Shown: positions 30,377 through 41,169 of the stretch, in pieces
Numbering within the stretch: the first letter of the stretch is position 1
Layout of the letters: each line of letters begins with the position of its first letter
Assembly (NCBI GenBank): GCA_963737635.1
Contig: CAVTTL010000001.1
Location: 1,280,001 to 1,344,000 of the forward strand
Direction of reading: 5' to 3'
Source: an uncultured Methanoregulaceae archaeon
GTDB lineage: Archaea > Halobacteriota > Methanomicrobia > Methanomicrobiales > Methanospirillaceae
Length of the DNA: 64,000 nt
The notes under the pieces: model-generated
Told to the model about the DNA's origin: nothing
The model's database searches: none
The model's input: the letters and a program-made list of their open reading frames with translations, nothing else
Translations under genes and position numbers: made by a program

Positions 30377-30859
30377 ATGATGGAACCGCAGCCTATGATC
30401 CGGACTGGAGATCCGGCACAGAATTTCTCGCTCAAGGATCACAACGATACGACTTTCGATCTGTTCGAACAATCGGGAAAATGGGTTCTTCTCTCGTTCC
30501 ATCCGCTCGCGTGGACTCCCGTTTGTACCGGCCAGATGAAGTCCCTTGAGGAGAACTATGATGTTCTAAAATCGCTGAACACAACAGCAGTCGGGATCAG
30601 TGTCGATTCGGTTCCGTGCAAGAAAGCATGGGCCCAGAATATTGGGATCACCCACACACCTCTCTTGTGCGATTTCTGGCCTCATGGCGGTCTTGCAATG
30701 GCGTACGGGATCTTTCGGAATGCAAATGGGTTCTCGGAGAGGGCAAATATTCTCATTGACGAGAACCAGCGGGTTAAATTTGTAAAGATTTACCCGGTCC
30801 ACAGTCTTCCCGATATCAAGGAAATTATTGAGTTTTTGCACAAGCAGAAGCCGGCTTGA
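30377..30859 (+). CDS. Peroxiredoxin (AhpC/TSA, AhpE-like)
   Basis: FHPLAWTPVC peroxidatic motif, GISVDS, DFWPHG and ERANILID. Confidence 0.9.
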   Translation: MMEPQPMIRTGDPAQNFSLKDHNDTTFDLFEQSGKWVLLSFHPLAWTPVCTGQMKSLEENYDVLKSLNTTAVGISVDSVPCKKAWAQNIGITHTPLLCDFWPHGGLAMAYGIFRNANGFSERANILIDENQRVKFVKIYPVHSLPDIKEIIEFLHKQKPA

Positions 30860-31039
30860 TATACCTTTTCGACCGATGGTGGGCTCTCTCCGCGGAAGGG
30901 TATTCGGAGCCATAACTGGCATCGGTATCGCCATGATCGTGCTGATCCTGGTAAAACGGCACTCTCCTTTTTTCAGCGGGGAGCGTGAGCTGCCACGGCT
31001 CAACGAAAAAGCCGCGAGAGATGGGGTTTTCCGGAACTT

Positions 31040-32962
31040 TTAGGGCCGGGGCTGCTGCTGGGTCGCACAGTGGAACGTCCCGAACCCTTCGACCATCGCA
31101 CGGGCTCTTATCCCAAGGACCGTCCGTTCCGGGAAGAGTCCCCGGATAATCCGGAGCGCTTCCTCGTCATGCGGATCATCAAATACCGGAACAATAACCA
31201 CGGTATTCCCGATATAGAAGTTGGTATAACTTGCAGGGTACCGTTCATCTCCACTTATGACGGGAGCTGGCATGGGGAGTTTTATAACCTTGAATGGTTT
31301 TTCCTCCTGGTCGGTTACAGAGCTCAGGATCTCATAATTTTCTTTCAGGGCAGCGTAATTTTCGTCGGCAGGGTTTTCTTCATATGCACAGACGATCATG
31401 GAGGGTGCGACAAACCGTGCTATATCATCGATATGGCCATCCGTATCATCGCCGGACACGCCCCGATTGAGCCAGATAATTTTTACTACTCCCAGGTATT
31501 CCTTAAGATAATTCTCGATCTCATCCTTTGCGAGACGGGGGTTCCGGTTCGGGTTGAGAAGGCAGGCGCGGGTAGTCAGCACTGTTCCCCTGCCGTTGGT
31601 ATCAATCGATCCCCCTTCCAGAATAATTCCTGGCTTAAATATGGGTAGATCAAGCCACCTGTTCATGTCGTTGGGGATATGCCCATCGGCGATCTGATCC
31701 TCATATTTTTCACCCCACGCATTGAATTCCCAATGAACCATCGCCGATTGTCTAATGGCCGGGTTCACCACAAATGTCGGGCCATAATCCCGAATCCATA
31801 TGTCGGAATAGGGGATTGTCCGTATCGTAACCCGGGACAGGTCGATACCTTCGCTTTTCAAGCGTGTTTTTACCCTCCTGTTTATGGAAGTACTGGGCAC
31901 GAACATTTCGACGCGTTCCGAAGGAACGATCGCTGCAATGAACCTGATATATGTCTCCTCTACCATCCTGAGATTGGGAAAGGTGTTTTTGTTGTGCGGC
32001 CATGACAACCAGACCGCATCATGGTGTTCCCACTCAGCGGGCATGAAAAAGCCCAGCTTTCTTGGGGTGTCTCCTGCTCGGGGAATCGCTGCTGTGGCAT
32101 CGTGTTCAGGCGCCCGTGCACAAACAGAGCCATAGGTGTCCGGGCGTCGGTTCCTGAAAAATCCCCATGAATCACGGATTGTTGAATTTGTCCCAAGATC
32201 GATCTGTGCCGTGACTGTTTCATCGGCGTCACCTGCCCGGACGAGCAGTTTCCCAAACGCGTCACAGATAAACGATCCCCCGAAAAACCGGATATTGCCC
32301 TCCTGACCTGTCCGGTTGACGGCAGCGATATGTACACTGTTGGCGATGGCATGGCTGCGCTGGATGAGCTCCCAGGCTTCCTGCCAGTCTCCTTCGGAAG
32401 GTGGGTCTGTGCAAGGATTCCCGATTGCAGTCGGATAGAATATGATCTCCGCCCCGTCGAGGGCGACGCACCGCGCTGCTTCGGGAAACCATTGGTCGTA
32501 ACAGATGAGAATGGCGATTTTCCCATATCCGGTATCGTGCACGGTATAGTGATCTCCGGGATAAAAGTAGCCTTTTTCAAAAAATTTCGGGTCTTGGGGG
32601 ATGTGAACCTTGTGGTAAGATCGACGGAGATTCCCATCGGTGTCGATCACGACCGCTGCATTATAGAACTGCCCCGAGGAAGATCGTTCAAAGATCGGGA
32701 CGATGATAACTACCGCATACTGGCGGGCGAGCCGGGCAAATGCCTGCGTCGATTCCCCGGGAATATGTTCGGCATAGTGCTCTACAGGTGTCCCTATCTG
32801 CTGAGGGAAATACTGGGTACGGAACAATTCAGGAAGACAGATGAGCTGTGCTCCGTTCCGTGCAGCATTTTCAACCCGCGTAAGCGCCGTTTTGAGGTTC
32901 TTGTCCGGGTCCGGTCCGACCTCCATCTGGATAAGGGCGACGGTTCGTATGGTGTGATTCAT
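31040..32962 (-). CDS. Fusion of N-carbamoylputrescine amidase (nitrilase fold) and agmatine deiminase
   Basis: N-half LPELF, YHKVHIP, ICYDQWFPE and RNRRPDTY; C-half MPAEWE, WIRDYGP, LEGG, DTDGHID and GTFHCATQQQP. Confidence 0.92.
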   Translation of the reverse strand: MNHTIRTVALIQMEVGPDPDKNLKTALTRVENAARNGAQLICLPELFRTQYFPQQIGTPVEHYAEHIPGESTQAFARLARQYAVVIIVPIFERSSSGQFYNAAVVIDTDGNLRRSYHKVHIPQDPKFFEKGYFYPGDHYTVHDTGYGKIAILICYDQWFPEAARCVALDGAEIIFYPTAIGNPCTDPPSEGDWQEAWELIQRSHAIANSVHIAAVNRTGQEGNIRFFGGSFICDAFGKLLVRAGDADETVTAQIDLGTNSTIRDSWGFFRNRRPDTYGSVCARAPEHDATAAIPRAGDTPRKLGFFMPAEWEHHDAVWLSWPHNKNTFPNLRMVEETYIRFIAAIVPSERVEMFVPSTSINRRVKTRLKSEGIDLSRVTIRTIPYSDIWIRDYGPTFVVNPAIRQSAMVHWEFNAWGEKYEDQIADGHIPNDMNRWLDLPIFKPGIILEGGSIDTNGRGTVLTTRACLLNPNRNPRLAKDEIENYLKEYLGVVKIIWLNRGVSGDDTDGHIDDIARFVAPSMIVCAYEENPADENYAALKENYEILSSVTDQEEKPFKVIKLPMPAPVISGDERYPASYTNFYIGNTVVIVPVFDDPHDEEALRIIRGLFPERTVLGIRARAMVEGFGTFHCATQQQPRP

Positions 32963-33103
32963 ACACGAATACTCTTGCTTTAGAGGTTATTTCTCCATAA
33001 ATATCATGTTATCCAAATCGGATCTGTTTTCATGATATGGAGAAGATGAAAACGAAGAAGACCTTTTATAATTTCTTCCCCGGAAAAGCGATGCATTATT
33101 TCA

Positions 33104-35434
33104 TTATTCGCCGGGCTCTGGTACGGGATTTATAGATGAATGGTCGGCATCATTTTTCTTGGTACGGTGATTCCTCGCATCGAGCCATTCGGAGAACTGA
33201 CCCATGAGGGAGAGTACCGCCGGCATAATGAAAATGGCGCCGAGGAGTGAGAATCCCACGGCAATGAGGGTACAGACGCCGAAGTTACTCGTGATGGGGA
33301 AGCTGGCAAGGCAGAGAGCGGAGAACCCAAAGAAGGTCGCGAGACCGGAGACGGTAATAGCGGTGCCAATTCTTTTCACACTCTCCTGGATGGCGGCAAT
33401 ATGATCGTGCAGGCGCTCTTCCTCTTCGCTGTAGCGTTCCATCACGAGGATAGTGTATTCAGCCGCGACCCCGATCGTCATGGAGCCGAGAGTTGCGGTC
33501 AGCGGGGAGTAAGCGATACCGAGAATATACATCATTACCGAGTTCCAGCCGACGATAAAGACGATGGGTATCAGCGGGGATATCGCGTGGATGTGCCGGT
33601 AGACCAGGGCAAGGAAGATAAAGATCAGGGCGAATCCGAGATAAGTCATCTCGTCCTTGGATGAGGTCAACCCCCCGATGAGGGCGGTCATGATATCGAA
33701 TGACCCGACAGGCTGAATGGAGATACCGATGGGAGGCTGGAGAAAGGCGATATCGCTCACCATGACTTTCTTGAGATCTTCTTCCTGCGGGATCTGGAGA
33801 TTAGCCATACCGAACTCTACGACGCCACGTGTCGAACCGCTGAGGTACTGGTCTTTCACGCTGGCGGGTATTTTGTCAAGCGCTACGTCCACCTGATTCT
33901 GGGTCTGGGGCATCACACCGCCGTTGTAAGCCATGATGTACGTCACGATGCTTGTTGCCGAGGTAATTTGGGAATGGTGGCCGAGCTCATAATCCTGGAA
34001 TGTTTTGATCCATTGCAAGGTGTCAAGGTCGGTAACCCTGCTCCCTTGGATATAGAAGTCTGCTGTCGTTGTGGACCCGAGGACCCGGGTGACTTTATCC
34101 ATCTGGATCTTTGCCGGCATATTGCTGGGGACAAAGTTGTTCTGGTTCGCTTCGATGGGGATGAGCGGGTCGATCTGAAACCCGATCACGGCAATGAGGG
34201 CTGCAATCAGGAGGATCGGGACCGGGTTTTTGGCGATCTTGATGGAAGTATCGGTGAGGAACTGGCCGTAGGACCAGGATTTCTTCTGGGGTGTCGGGAG
34301 CGTATCGCAGGCCTCCTCGCCGACGGCGTAGCAGACCTCAGGGGTCTGTGGTTTGGGCTTATAGCGGATAATATGGGCAACGGCCGGTATACCTACGAGC
34401 GAGACGCAGTAGCAACTCATGATCCCGATCATGGCCACAAGGCCGAATGACTGGATCATGGGGACCGTGGAGATAAACATCGCCGCAAATCCTAGGGAGG
34501 TGGCGAGCATAGCGTACATCACGGCCGGCCCGGTCTTTGTGATGGTCGTATAGACTGCGTCATCAAGCGAGCCTTTGCGGGACTCCTCGTCAAGCCGTGC
34601 GTGGAACTGGATCGCGTAATCGATGCCAAGCCCGATCATGACCGGGAACGCCCCCATCACCGCCATGTTGAGCTGGATGCCGGCAAGACCCATCAGGCCA
34701 AGAGCAGTGCTGAGGCCCAGTCCCACGAAGACCACTGGAAGAAACCGGTAGCTGACGTAGGAGAAGAGAAGGCCCATGACGATTATCATCAGGATCATGG
34801 CGGCCCCGATCAGGATACCCATCTGGGAACCCATCGCCGCTTTCATCTGCGCAGTAAATGCCGGACTTCCGGAGACTTCGACCGTCACGCCAGCTGGTGG
34901 GTCCGACTGGTCGACTGCCAGCTGCACAGCGTCCAAGACCGAAGCCTCGGTGGCATCTGAAAGGCCGGGATCCAAGGGGAACTGCATCAGGCTGAGCACA
35001 TTGGATGGTACTATCGTTGTCTTGGTGGCGGCCGGGATCTCGTTGACGAGTGTATCAATCTCACCTTTTGACTGGGGCAGGACGCCGTTGTTCTCGCTTT
35101 TGAGGACATCCACGATGCTTGATGCGCCGGCAATGTGTTGCTGCTGACGGATGTCTGATTCGAGCCGGTTCATATAGGTGAGCACGGCGGGGCTCAATGG
35201 GTCGCTTGTCTCGATGATCAGAATGATAGAATCTTGGTTGAATGTGTTGGTAAATTCATTATTGACGACGCCTTCCGGTGAATTCTTGTTCATATAGGTG
35301 TCATTGCCAGTCTGCATGGTGATCATGGTCATGCCGACAAGGGCGATGATAAATATCACTCCAATGAGGGCAACGACCAGTTTCGGCCGGCGGTTGACAA
35401 GGTGAGCAATGGCACTAAAGATCTGATCGATCAT
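33104..35434 (-). CDS. RND/MMPL family (HAE3-type) transporter
   Basis: Two TM repeats with large external loops; GLGIDYAIQ and GVAAEYTIL motifs. Confidence 0.9.
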   Translation of the reverse strand: MIDQIFSAIAHLVNRRPKLVVALIGVIFIIALVGMTMITMQTGNDTYMNKNSPEGVVNNEFTNTFNQDSIILIIETSDPLSPAVLTYMNRLESDIRQQQHIAGASSIVDVLKSENNGVLPQSKGEIDTLVNEIPAATKTTIVPSNVLSLMQFPLDPGLSDATEASVLDAVQLAVDQSDPPAGVTVEVSGSPAFTAQMKAAMGSQMGILIGAAMILMIIVMGLLFSYVSYRFLPVVFVGLGLSTALGLMGLAGIQLNMAVMGAFPVMIGLGIDYAIQFHARLDEESRKGSLDDAVYTTITKTGPAVMYAMLATSLGFAAMFISTVPMIQSFGLVAMIGIMSCYCVSLVGIPAVAHIIRYKPKPQTPEVCYAVGEEACDTLPTPQKKSWSYGQFLTDTSIKIAKNPVPILLIAALIAVIGFQIDPLIPIEANQNNFVPSNMPAKIQMDKVTRVLGSTTTADFYIQGSRVTDLDTLQWIKTFQDYELGHHSQITSATSIVTYIMAYNGGVMPQTQNQVDVALDKIPASVKDQYLSGSTRGVVEFGMANLQIPQEEDLKKVMVSDIAFLQPPIGISIQPVGSFDIMTALIGGLTSSKDEMTYLGFALIFIFLALVYRHIHAISPLIPIVFIVGWNSVMMYILGIAYSPLTATLGSMTIGVAAEYTILVMERYSEEEERLHDHIAAIQESVKRIGTAITVSGLATFFGFSALCLASFPITSNFGVCTLIAVGFSLLGAIFIMPAVLSLMGQFSEWLDARNHRTKKNDADHSSINPVPEPGE

Positions 35435-35549
35435 GACAGTCCTGTCGTTAGGGGTTTAACTGGTGATTCTGAATATGGCATTCTTTTCACGCTTTATGTG
35501 GATCGTCCTACAGGCATCACTGCAGGGAGCTAACCTGGGTTAAAAAGGT

Positions 35550-36923
35550 TTACCGTGGTTTGAAGCGTTTGACGTAGATCACGTAACCGGCGATAGCGAG
35601 CACTATGAGGACGATAGCGATAAGGCCCGGGAGTCCGATCAGGGAGACGACGGTTTTAGTCGGTACCACTTCGACGTTAACCTTGAGGGGGTCGGAGGTG
35701 AACTGGTTATCGAGTGCATCGCGGTAGAGAACCTCGGAGTCCAGGCCGTATTCTTTCACGGTTGCATCCGGGTCGACAGAGACGGCAAAGGAAGCGGTGC
35801 GGATATCGCCCGGCGCCATCGTGCCCAGGAAGGCGGTATCGTCGTTGCTGGTAAAGGGGTCGACAGCACTGATCCGTGCCTCGGCGTTATAGGCAGTAAT
35901 GCCGCCGGTATTCTGGAACTGGACGGTAATGACGGCGTTAGCGCCGGGAGTAACGTTTGCCGCGATGGGGGTAACTGCAAAGTCGACTTTCTGGCCGACC
36001 GGGACCCCGATGGTCTCGATAGGCGAATCCACGTAGTCCCCTTCGTAATTCTTGTAGTAGACCAGTACGTCGAGGGGGTAGGTCTTCTGCTGGGCGTCGC
36101 TAGCTACCTGGGCCCGGAACGTGCAGTTGGCCACCGCCCCGACCGGGAAATCGCCGACATAGAAACTACCGTCGGTGGGGGTGACCGGGCTCTGGCCGTT
36201 CTGCTGGATCCGGATCACGGCGTTCTGGCCGTCGTCAGACCCGACATTCTTGACCGTTAAGAAAATATATCCTTCGATCCCGGCGTTCAGGCCTTCGGTC
36301 TGCACGCTGGGAACCGCGATCTGGACTTCGGGCTTAATCGTGATAGGGATGTCGATGGTCTCGTTGACGTTCTTGTACTGGTAGTTCAGGGTCTCGGTGC
36401 CTTCCTGGTTGGCCTGGTACAGGTACGTGTAATTCAGGACGACCGGGATCTGGTAGGTCCCTGCCGAGGCATACTGGTTGACCGTAATATGGAAGGTGGC
36501 GGTGGCGCTCGAACTTGCCGGGAGGTCCCCGACTATCTGGGGTGAGGCTTTGACCACCAGCGGGGCGTCCCCGGCGTCCAGCGTCGCGGTCAGCTGTTTT
36601 GCCGTGTTGGAGAGATCGCTCGGGCTGATGATGCCGGACTCGACGATCATAAACTGGTTGAGCCCGGTGTTCCCGATGACGACCTGGAGGTTCACATCGT
36701 CTCCCGGCGAAAACTCGTTGGTGCCGGCGATGTGCGCGTCCAACTGGGGGCTCCCGGCCATGATCTGGGTCCCGGCCATCACCGGCGATACGGCACAGAG
36801 TGCCAGTACGATAGAAATAAGGCACAGGAGCCGCGGCAGGCTGGTCCGATGCCTAAAAATACTCTGTACTGCCCCGGCATTATCCCCGTTTGCGGGGGGT
36901 AGAGATCGACTCCTCTTATCCAT
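35550..36923 (-). CDS. S-layer domain (COG1361-like) membrane-anchored protein
   Basis: Signal-like hydrophobic stretch, three Ig-like repeats (N.G...A), PFTSNDDTAFLG, KEYGLDSEV.YRD, C-terminal TM plus basic tail. Confidence 0.8.
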   Translation of the reverse strand: MDKRSRSLPPANGDNAGAVQSIFRHRTSLPRLLCLISIVLALCAVSPVMAGTQIMAGSPQLDAHIAGTNEFSPGDDVNLQVVIGNTGLNQFMIVESGIISPSDLSNTAKQLTATLDAGDAPLVVKASPQIVGDLPASSSATATFHITVNQYASAGTYQIPVVLNYTYLYQANQEGTETLNYQYKNVNETIDIPITIKPEVQIAVPSVQTEGLNAGIEGYIFLTVKNVGSDDGQNAVIRIQQNGQSPVTPTDGSFYVGDFPVGAVANCTFRAQVASDAQQKTYPLDVLVYYKNYEGDYVDSPIETIGVPVGQKVDFAVTPIAANVTPGANAVITVQFQNTGGITAYNAEARISAVDPFTSNDDTAFLGTMAPGDIRTASFAVSVDPDATVKEYGLDSEVLYRDALDNQFTSDPLKVNVEVVPTKTVVSLIGLPGLIAIVLIVLAIAGYVIYVKRFKPR

Positions 36924-37071
36924 GCAGATCCTCGAAAAAGTTGTATAAAGTTGAGTACAGGTTGAAATCCATATCATATATATCCCGATCATGTTTTTTC
37001 GTTCGATTGTCGTCATCATGCAATTTTACCCTCGTTTCCCCTGTGTTTCGCGATACATATGTTTCCCATAA

Positions 37072-38169
37072 TCATTCCAGAGTCCTCCTGAATGTGACAA
37101 TACCGAGGATGATCATGACCGATGAGAAGATCAAAAGCGCAATAAGATCAGTCCCGATCACATTGAGCCCCTGGTTCCTCAGGATGATGCTCCTCAATGC
37201 GTGGATACCGTAATATTCCGGATTAATAACCGTAATCCAACGCAACCACACCGGCATACCTATGACCGGGTAAAATGCGCCTGAGGTCATGAATAGCATG
37301 AGGTTGAAAAATGCAATTACCGAGGAGTACTCCTGTTGCGATGAGAAACGGGAGGCAAAAGAGACGACGAGGCTTGTTACCCCCATACAGGCAATAAGGA
37401 TGACGATGAGGACAAGTAAAAAGTCTTGGAAACTCTGGAGGGCGATGCCCGTGATCAGGAGATCTATCCAGAATATCGTAAACCCGGCGATAAAAGCCCT
37501 GACAGTTCCACTTGAAATGATCCCCATAACGATACTCGATCGTTTCACCGGAGTGACCAGGTAGCCTTCGTGAATGCCGTTCTCCCGATCTTTGATAAGC
37601 GCAATCCCGCCACCGAACATGGTGGAAGTGAAGATGGCCATCATGATCACACCAACACCAAAGAACTGGAGATAGGTAATATTCCCATAGATTTTATCGA
37701 CAATGACCGGGTTGTTTGCTCCAAGGGCCAGCAGGATCTGGTTTACCGCTGCTTCGACCAGCGGAGGAGTTACGGAATCCGAGCTGTCAACGTAGAGCCT
37801 TACGGCATTATTGTTTGATACTGATGAAGGAAATACAATAACCGCCGAGATTTTTCCATTCTCCAAGTCTTGTTTGGCCTGTACTTCATCGGTGTAAGTG
37901 ATGACATCCAGCTGTTTTTCTGCATCATTCTGGCTGCCTTGGCTGATATGGTTAAGCTGGTATGCGGCGTTTGTGAAGAGCGGAGTATCGTTGTAAGGTG
38001 GGACTTCCTGGACGACACCGACCGGGATGTGACTGATGGTTCCCCCGATCACGTTCCCGAAGACTATCAGGTACATGATGGGCATAAAAAGCGTCATCAT
38101 GATGATGAACGGATTGCTCAGGAACTTCTTGAAGTCCCGTTTGAAGATAGCAAGGGGCCCCCGCATCAC
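37072..38169 (-). CDS. ABC-2 type permease
   Basis: Six-TM pattern; DRENG..EGYLVTP, SGAFYP and NP.YY. Confidence 0.9.
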   Translation of the reverse strand: MMRGPLAIFKRDFKKFLSNPFIIMMTLFMPIMYLIVFGNVIGGTISHIPVGVVQEVPPYNDTPLFTNAAYQLNHISQGSQNDAEKQLDVITYTDEVQAKQDLENGKISAVIVFPSSVSNNNAVRLYVDSSDSVTPPLVEAAVNQILLALGANNPVIVDKIYGNITYLQFFGVGVIMMAIFTSTMFGGGIALIKDRENGIHEGYLVTPVKRSSIVMGIISSGTVRAFIAGFTIFWIDLLITGIALQSFQDFLLVLIVILIACMGVTSLVVSFASRFSSQQEYSSVIAFFNLMLFMTSGAFYPVIGMPVWLRWITVINPEYYGIHALRSIILRNQGLNVIGTDLIALLIFSSVMIILGIVTFRRTLE

Positions 38170-39296
38170 GATGACCGTCTCCTGCCTGGGCCGGGCGCAT
38201 CGTTCCCGTCCCCATTGCCACTGTCCAATCCCTTGCCAGTCAGATAGATGAAGATGTCCTCAAGTGAGGGGGATCGTATAGAGATGGAGATAATGGGAAT
38301 CTGAAATTTATCAAATACGGCAAGGATGGAGGGGATTACCTGGCTGCCATTCGTTGCCGAGATCATTACTTTATGCTCGACAACCGACACCGCGTTGACA
38401 AGATTGACGTTATGGATCGCCTCTTCTGCTAAGGGATACATCCGGTCAACGCCGATCTCGATAAGGTCACCTGCCGGGATCAGTTTCCGGAGGTTCTCCA
38501 GAGTATCAAGGGCAATAAGTTTGCCCCGTTCCACAAAAGCGATCCGGCCACAGAGTTTTTCCGCCTCGTCCATGTAGTGGGTGGTGAGAATGATCGTCGT
38601 ATGTTCCTTGTTGAGCATCACGATCTGCTGCCAAACTTCCCTGCGCGCCTCAGGGTCGAGGCCAATAGTAGGTTCGTCCAAGAAAAGGATGAGCGGACGG
38701 TGGATGAACGCCCGGACGATCTCGAGCTTGCGCTTCATGCCTCCCGAGAACGTGCCTACCGGCATGTACGCCCGGTCAGAGAGGCCGGCCATTTTCAGGA
38801 GTTCCCAGATCCGGTCCGGGAGGATGCTATCCGGGACGTTTTCGAGTTTTCCGTAGAATTCGAGGTTGTCGTAGGCAGTCAGTTCGGAATCGCTGGTGTA
38901 GTTCTGTGAGCAAACACCTATGATTTCCCGGATCTTCTCCGGATCTTTGGTAATATCGTAATTGTTGACGAATGCCTGTCCCGACGTTGGTGAGAGCAGG
39001 GTCGTAAGGATCCTGATAAGCGTGCTCTTTCCTGCACCATTTGCGCCGAGGAGTCCGAATATTTCCCCGTGTTTAACTTCAAAAGAGACATCGTTTACGG
39101 CAATCACGGTTTTTGTTTTGCTCGCAAAGACCTTGGAGAGATGCTCGATCCTTATGATCGCCGTCTCGTCATTACCGTCCCATCCACTTTGAACCACCGG
39201 TAAAGAACCAGATACAGTCCCTGCAGGCATTAGACCGATCGTATCATCATGCCGGCTATCATGTCCAAGGACTATTTCATGACCAAACAGACGCAT
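38166..39296 (-). CDS. ABC exporter ATP-binding protein (DrrA-like)
   Basis: GANGAGKST, FSGGMKRK, LFLDEPT and TTH. Confidence 0.93.
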   Translation of the reverse strand: MRLFGHEIVLGHDSRHDDTIGLMPAGTVSGSLPVVQSGWDGNDETAIIRIEHLSKVFASKTKTVIAVNDVSFEVKHGEIFGLLGANGAGKSTLIRILTTLLSPTSGQAFVNNYDITKDPEKIREIIGVCSQNYTSDSELTAYDNLEFYGKLENVPDSILPDRIWELLKMAGLSDRAYMPVGTFSGGMKRKLEIVRAFIHRPLILFLDEPTIGLDPEARREVWQQIVMLNKEHTTIILTTHYMDEAEKLCGRIAFVERGKLIALDTLENLRKLIPAGDLIEIGVDRMYPLAEEAIHNVNLVNAVSVVEHKVMISATNGSQVIPSILAVFDKFQIPIISISIRSPSLEDIFIYLTGKGLDSGNGDGNDAPGPGRRRSS

Positions 39297-39301
39297 GCTT
39301 C

Positions 39302-39745
39302 TTACCCCGACTGGAGTTTTGAGAGGATCTGGTATGCATCTTCCAATGCTATACACAGCTTCCCGATATCAGTGTCGTTAAGACCTGCAAGGTTCTCCTT
39401 GAGATCCTTCCTGTACCAGTTAATCGATTGCCGGAGATATTTTTTTCCTTTCTCGGTAATCGCAAGGTTAATCACCCGGCGATCGGTGGGATCCGGATGG
39501 CGTTCCGCGAGACCATCAGTGATCATCAGGTCGGCAAGCCGGGTCATGTAAGGCCGGGAGATATAGAGGCAGCTCCCAATCTCTGACATAGGCATCGTTT
39601 TGTGTTTCATAAGTATGCCAAGAGTATGGAGCTGGGCTATCTGTATTCCGGTGATTGAGGGCCTGTGCCGGATGACGTTCTTGTAGTAGAGGGGAATAAG
39701 TGCAAGAAGTGCATCGGCAGCGCGGTCCCGCATATCTTCAGCCAT
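39302..39745 (-). CDS. MarR family transcriptional regulator
   Basis: wHTH with DPTDRR..LAITEKG; first gene of the efflux operon. Confidence 0.88.
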   Translation of the reverse strand: MAEDMRDRAADALLALIPLYYKNVIRHRPSITGIQIAQLHTLGILMKHKTMPMSEIGSCLYISRPYMTRLADLMITDGLAERHPDPTDRRVINLAITEKGKKYLRQSINWYRKDLKENLAGLNDTDIGKLCIALEDAYQILSKLQSG

Positions 39746-39904
39746 TTTAAGTTCAGGAATTAGTTTTGAAACTTAATAGTTAAATAAGTAAACTATTCCG
39801 GAAGTGATTCGTTCGCAAAGACCGGGTCGTTCTCATGTGATGCATTCCTCGTTTAACGGGAGACTGGGGGAGGGTACATATGAAACGCAATACTACCAGA
39901 GGTA

Positions 39905-40537
39905 TCATGCAATATCGCTTGTCACAAACAGGGACGCGATCAGAACTGCCCCGAATGCGGCGATCACAAGACCTGCGAGACGGTTGATCAGGTGCAGGCG
40001 CTCACATGTCAGGTAACCCCGCATAGAACCCAGTGTCCCGCAGAGGAATATCCACCACCCCATCTCCCCAAGGAAAACGCCGATGACAAAGATCGCAGGG
40101 GCGACCCAGGTATTTCCGCTAATCACCACCCCAAAGTCCGGGATAATCATGGCAAAGAAGAGAATGGTTAGGGGGTTTGCCAGTGCAATGGCAAGCATCG
40201 TAGAATAATCGGCAATATAGGACTCGCTTTGGGGAGCCGTTGTTGCCTGAGGGGGCGGGGAAAAGAAGATGCGTATTCCCACTGCAATAAGCGCAAGCCC
40301 GCCAAACAACCGGAAGAACTGCTGGCGGGCGAACAGGAAATCGGAGATGAGTGCGAGGCCAAATGCAGTCACTGCCGCATAAAACGCATCGGCAGTCGCT
40401 ACGCCAAGCCCCGAGCTGATACCATGCGTGCGTCCATACGCTAGAGAGCGCTGGATACACACAAATGCTATCGGGCCGACCGGCGCTGCTAATACGATAC
40501 CGATGATGACACCATTGATAAAGAGTCCAGTATCCAT
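39905..40537 (-). CDS. LysE family transporter
   Basis: AAPVGP, GLGVATAD, NPLTILFF and INRLAG. Confidence 0.9.
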   Translation of the reverse strand: MDTGLFINGVIIGIVLAAPVGPIAFVCIQRSLAYGRTHGISSGLGVATADAFYAAVTAFGLALISDFLFARQQFFRLFGGLALIAVGIRIFFSPPPQATTAPQSESYIADYSTMLAIALANPLTILFFAMIIPDFGVVISGNTWVAPAIFVIGVFLGEMGWWIFLCGTLGSMRGYLTCERLHLINRLAGLVIAAFGAVLIASLFVTSDIA

Positions 40538-40772
40538 TGCTCGCCGTTCCCGGTGCGCCTATTGATGACGTGTCCTCCATTCAGTCAGGATCAGCGCAGA
40601 GAATTTCTGCGATGAGCGAGCTGACACGCCAAGGAACTGGTGTATTTGATCCTTCCTTAGGCGCATGTACCGTTATTTGTTGCATGCCCGGTATCATCAA
40701 TCTGTCACTTTATAGATGTCGCTTTATCAATATCCCCTGTGGGATTAATAGAAGATGACGGGAATGGGTTAT

Positions 40773-40994
40773 TTATGGACTTCCATTCATGAGAAAACGC
40801 CATGCAAGTCCGGCAATACAGATCACGGAACAAATCACAACTAGTGAGATATTAAATACTTTTTCACTCCCGGTCATGTCTGCCCAGCTGGATCGTTGCT
40901 TCTTTAGCAGATACCCGATAAACAGACCGATTGCGGTACCCGCCATGAGCCCGATCACCGTAACCATACCGATGGACAGAAAATCATCAGTCAT
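40773..40994 (-). CDS. Small two-TM membrane protein
   Basis: 73 aa with two hydrophobic helices; GGAGAG RBS-like element upstream. Confidence 0.65.
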   Translation of the reverse strand: MTDDFLSIGMVTVIGLMAGTAIGLFIGYLLKKQRSSWADMTGSEKVFNISLVVICSVICIAGLAWRFLMNGSP

Positions 40995-41169
40995 CGAATC
41001 TCTCCATCGTTGGTTTGCGCTGCCGGGATATAAAGCACCGCGCGTCGCCGTTAATCTTAGCCTGCAGTGATTACGGTCTTTTCTACAGCCACGACCAATA
41101 TAAGGTTTTATCGTGCTTCGGACACAATAATACAGCCATATCGCGAATCTTTCCGCAGGAGCGTAGGGT

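Noticed and set aside
30828-31043. Short hydrophobic ORF after the peroxiredoxin
   Set aside because: No clear RBS and it overlaps neighbours at both ends; it may be a gene remnant but cannot be supported.
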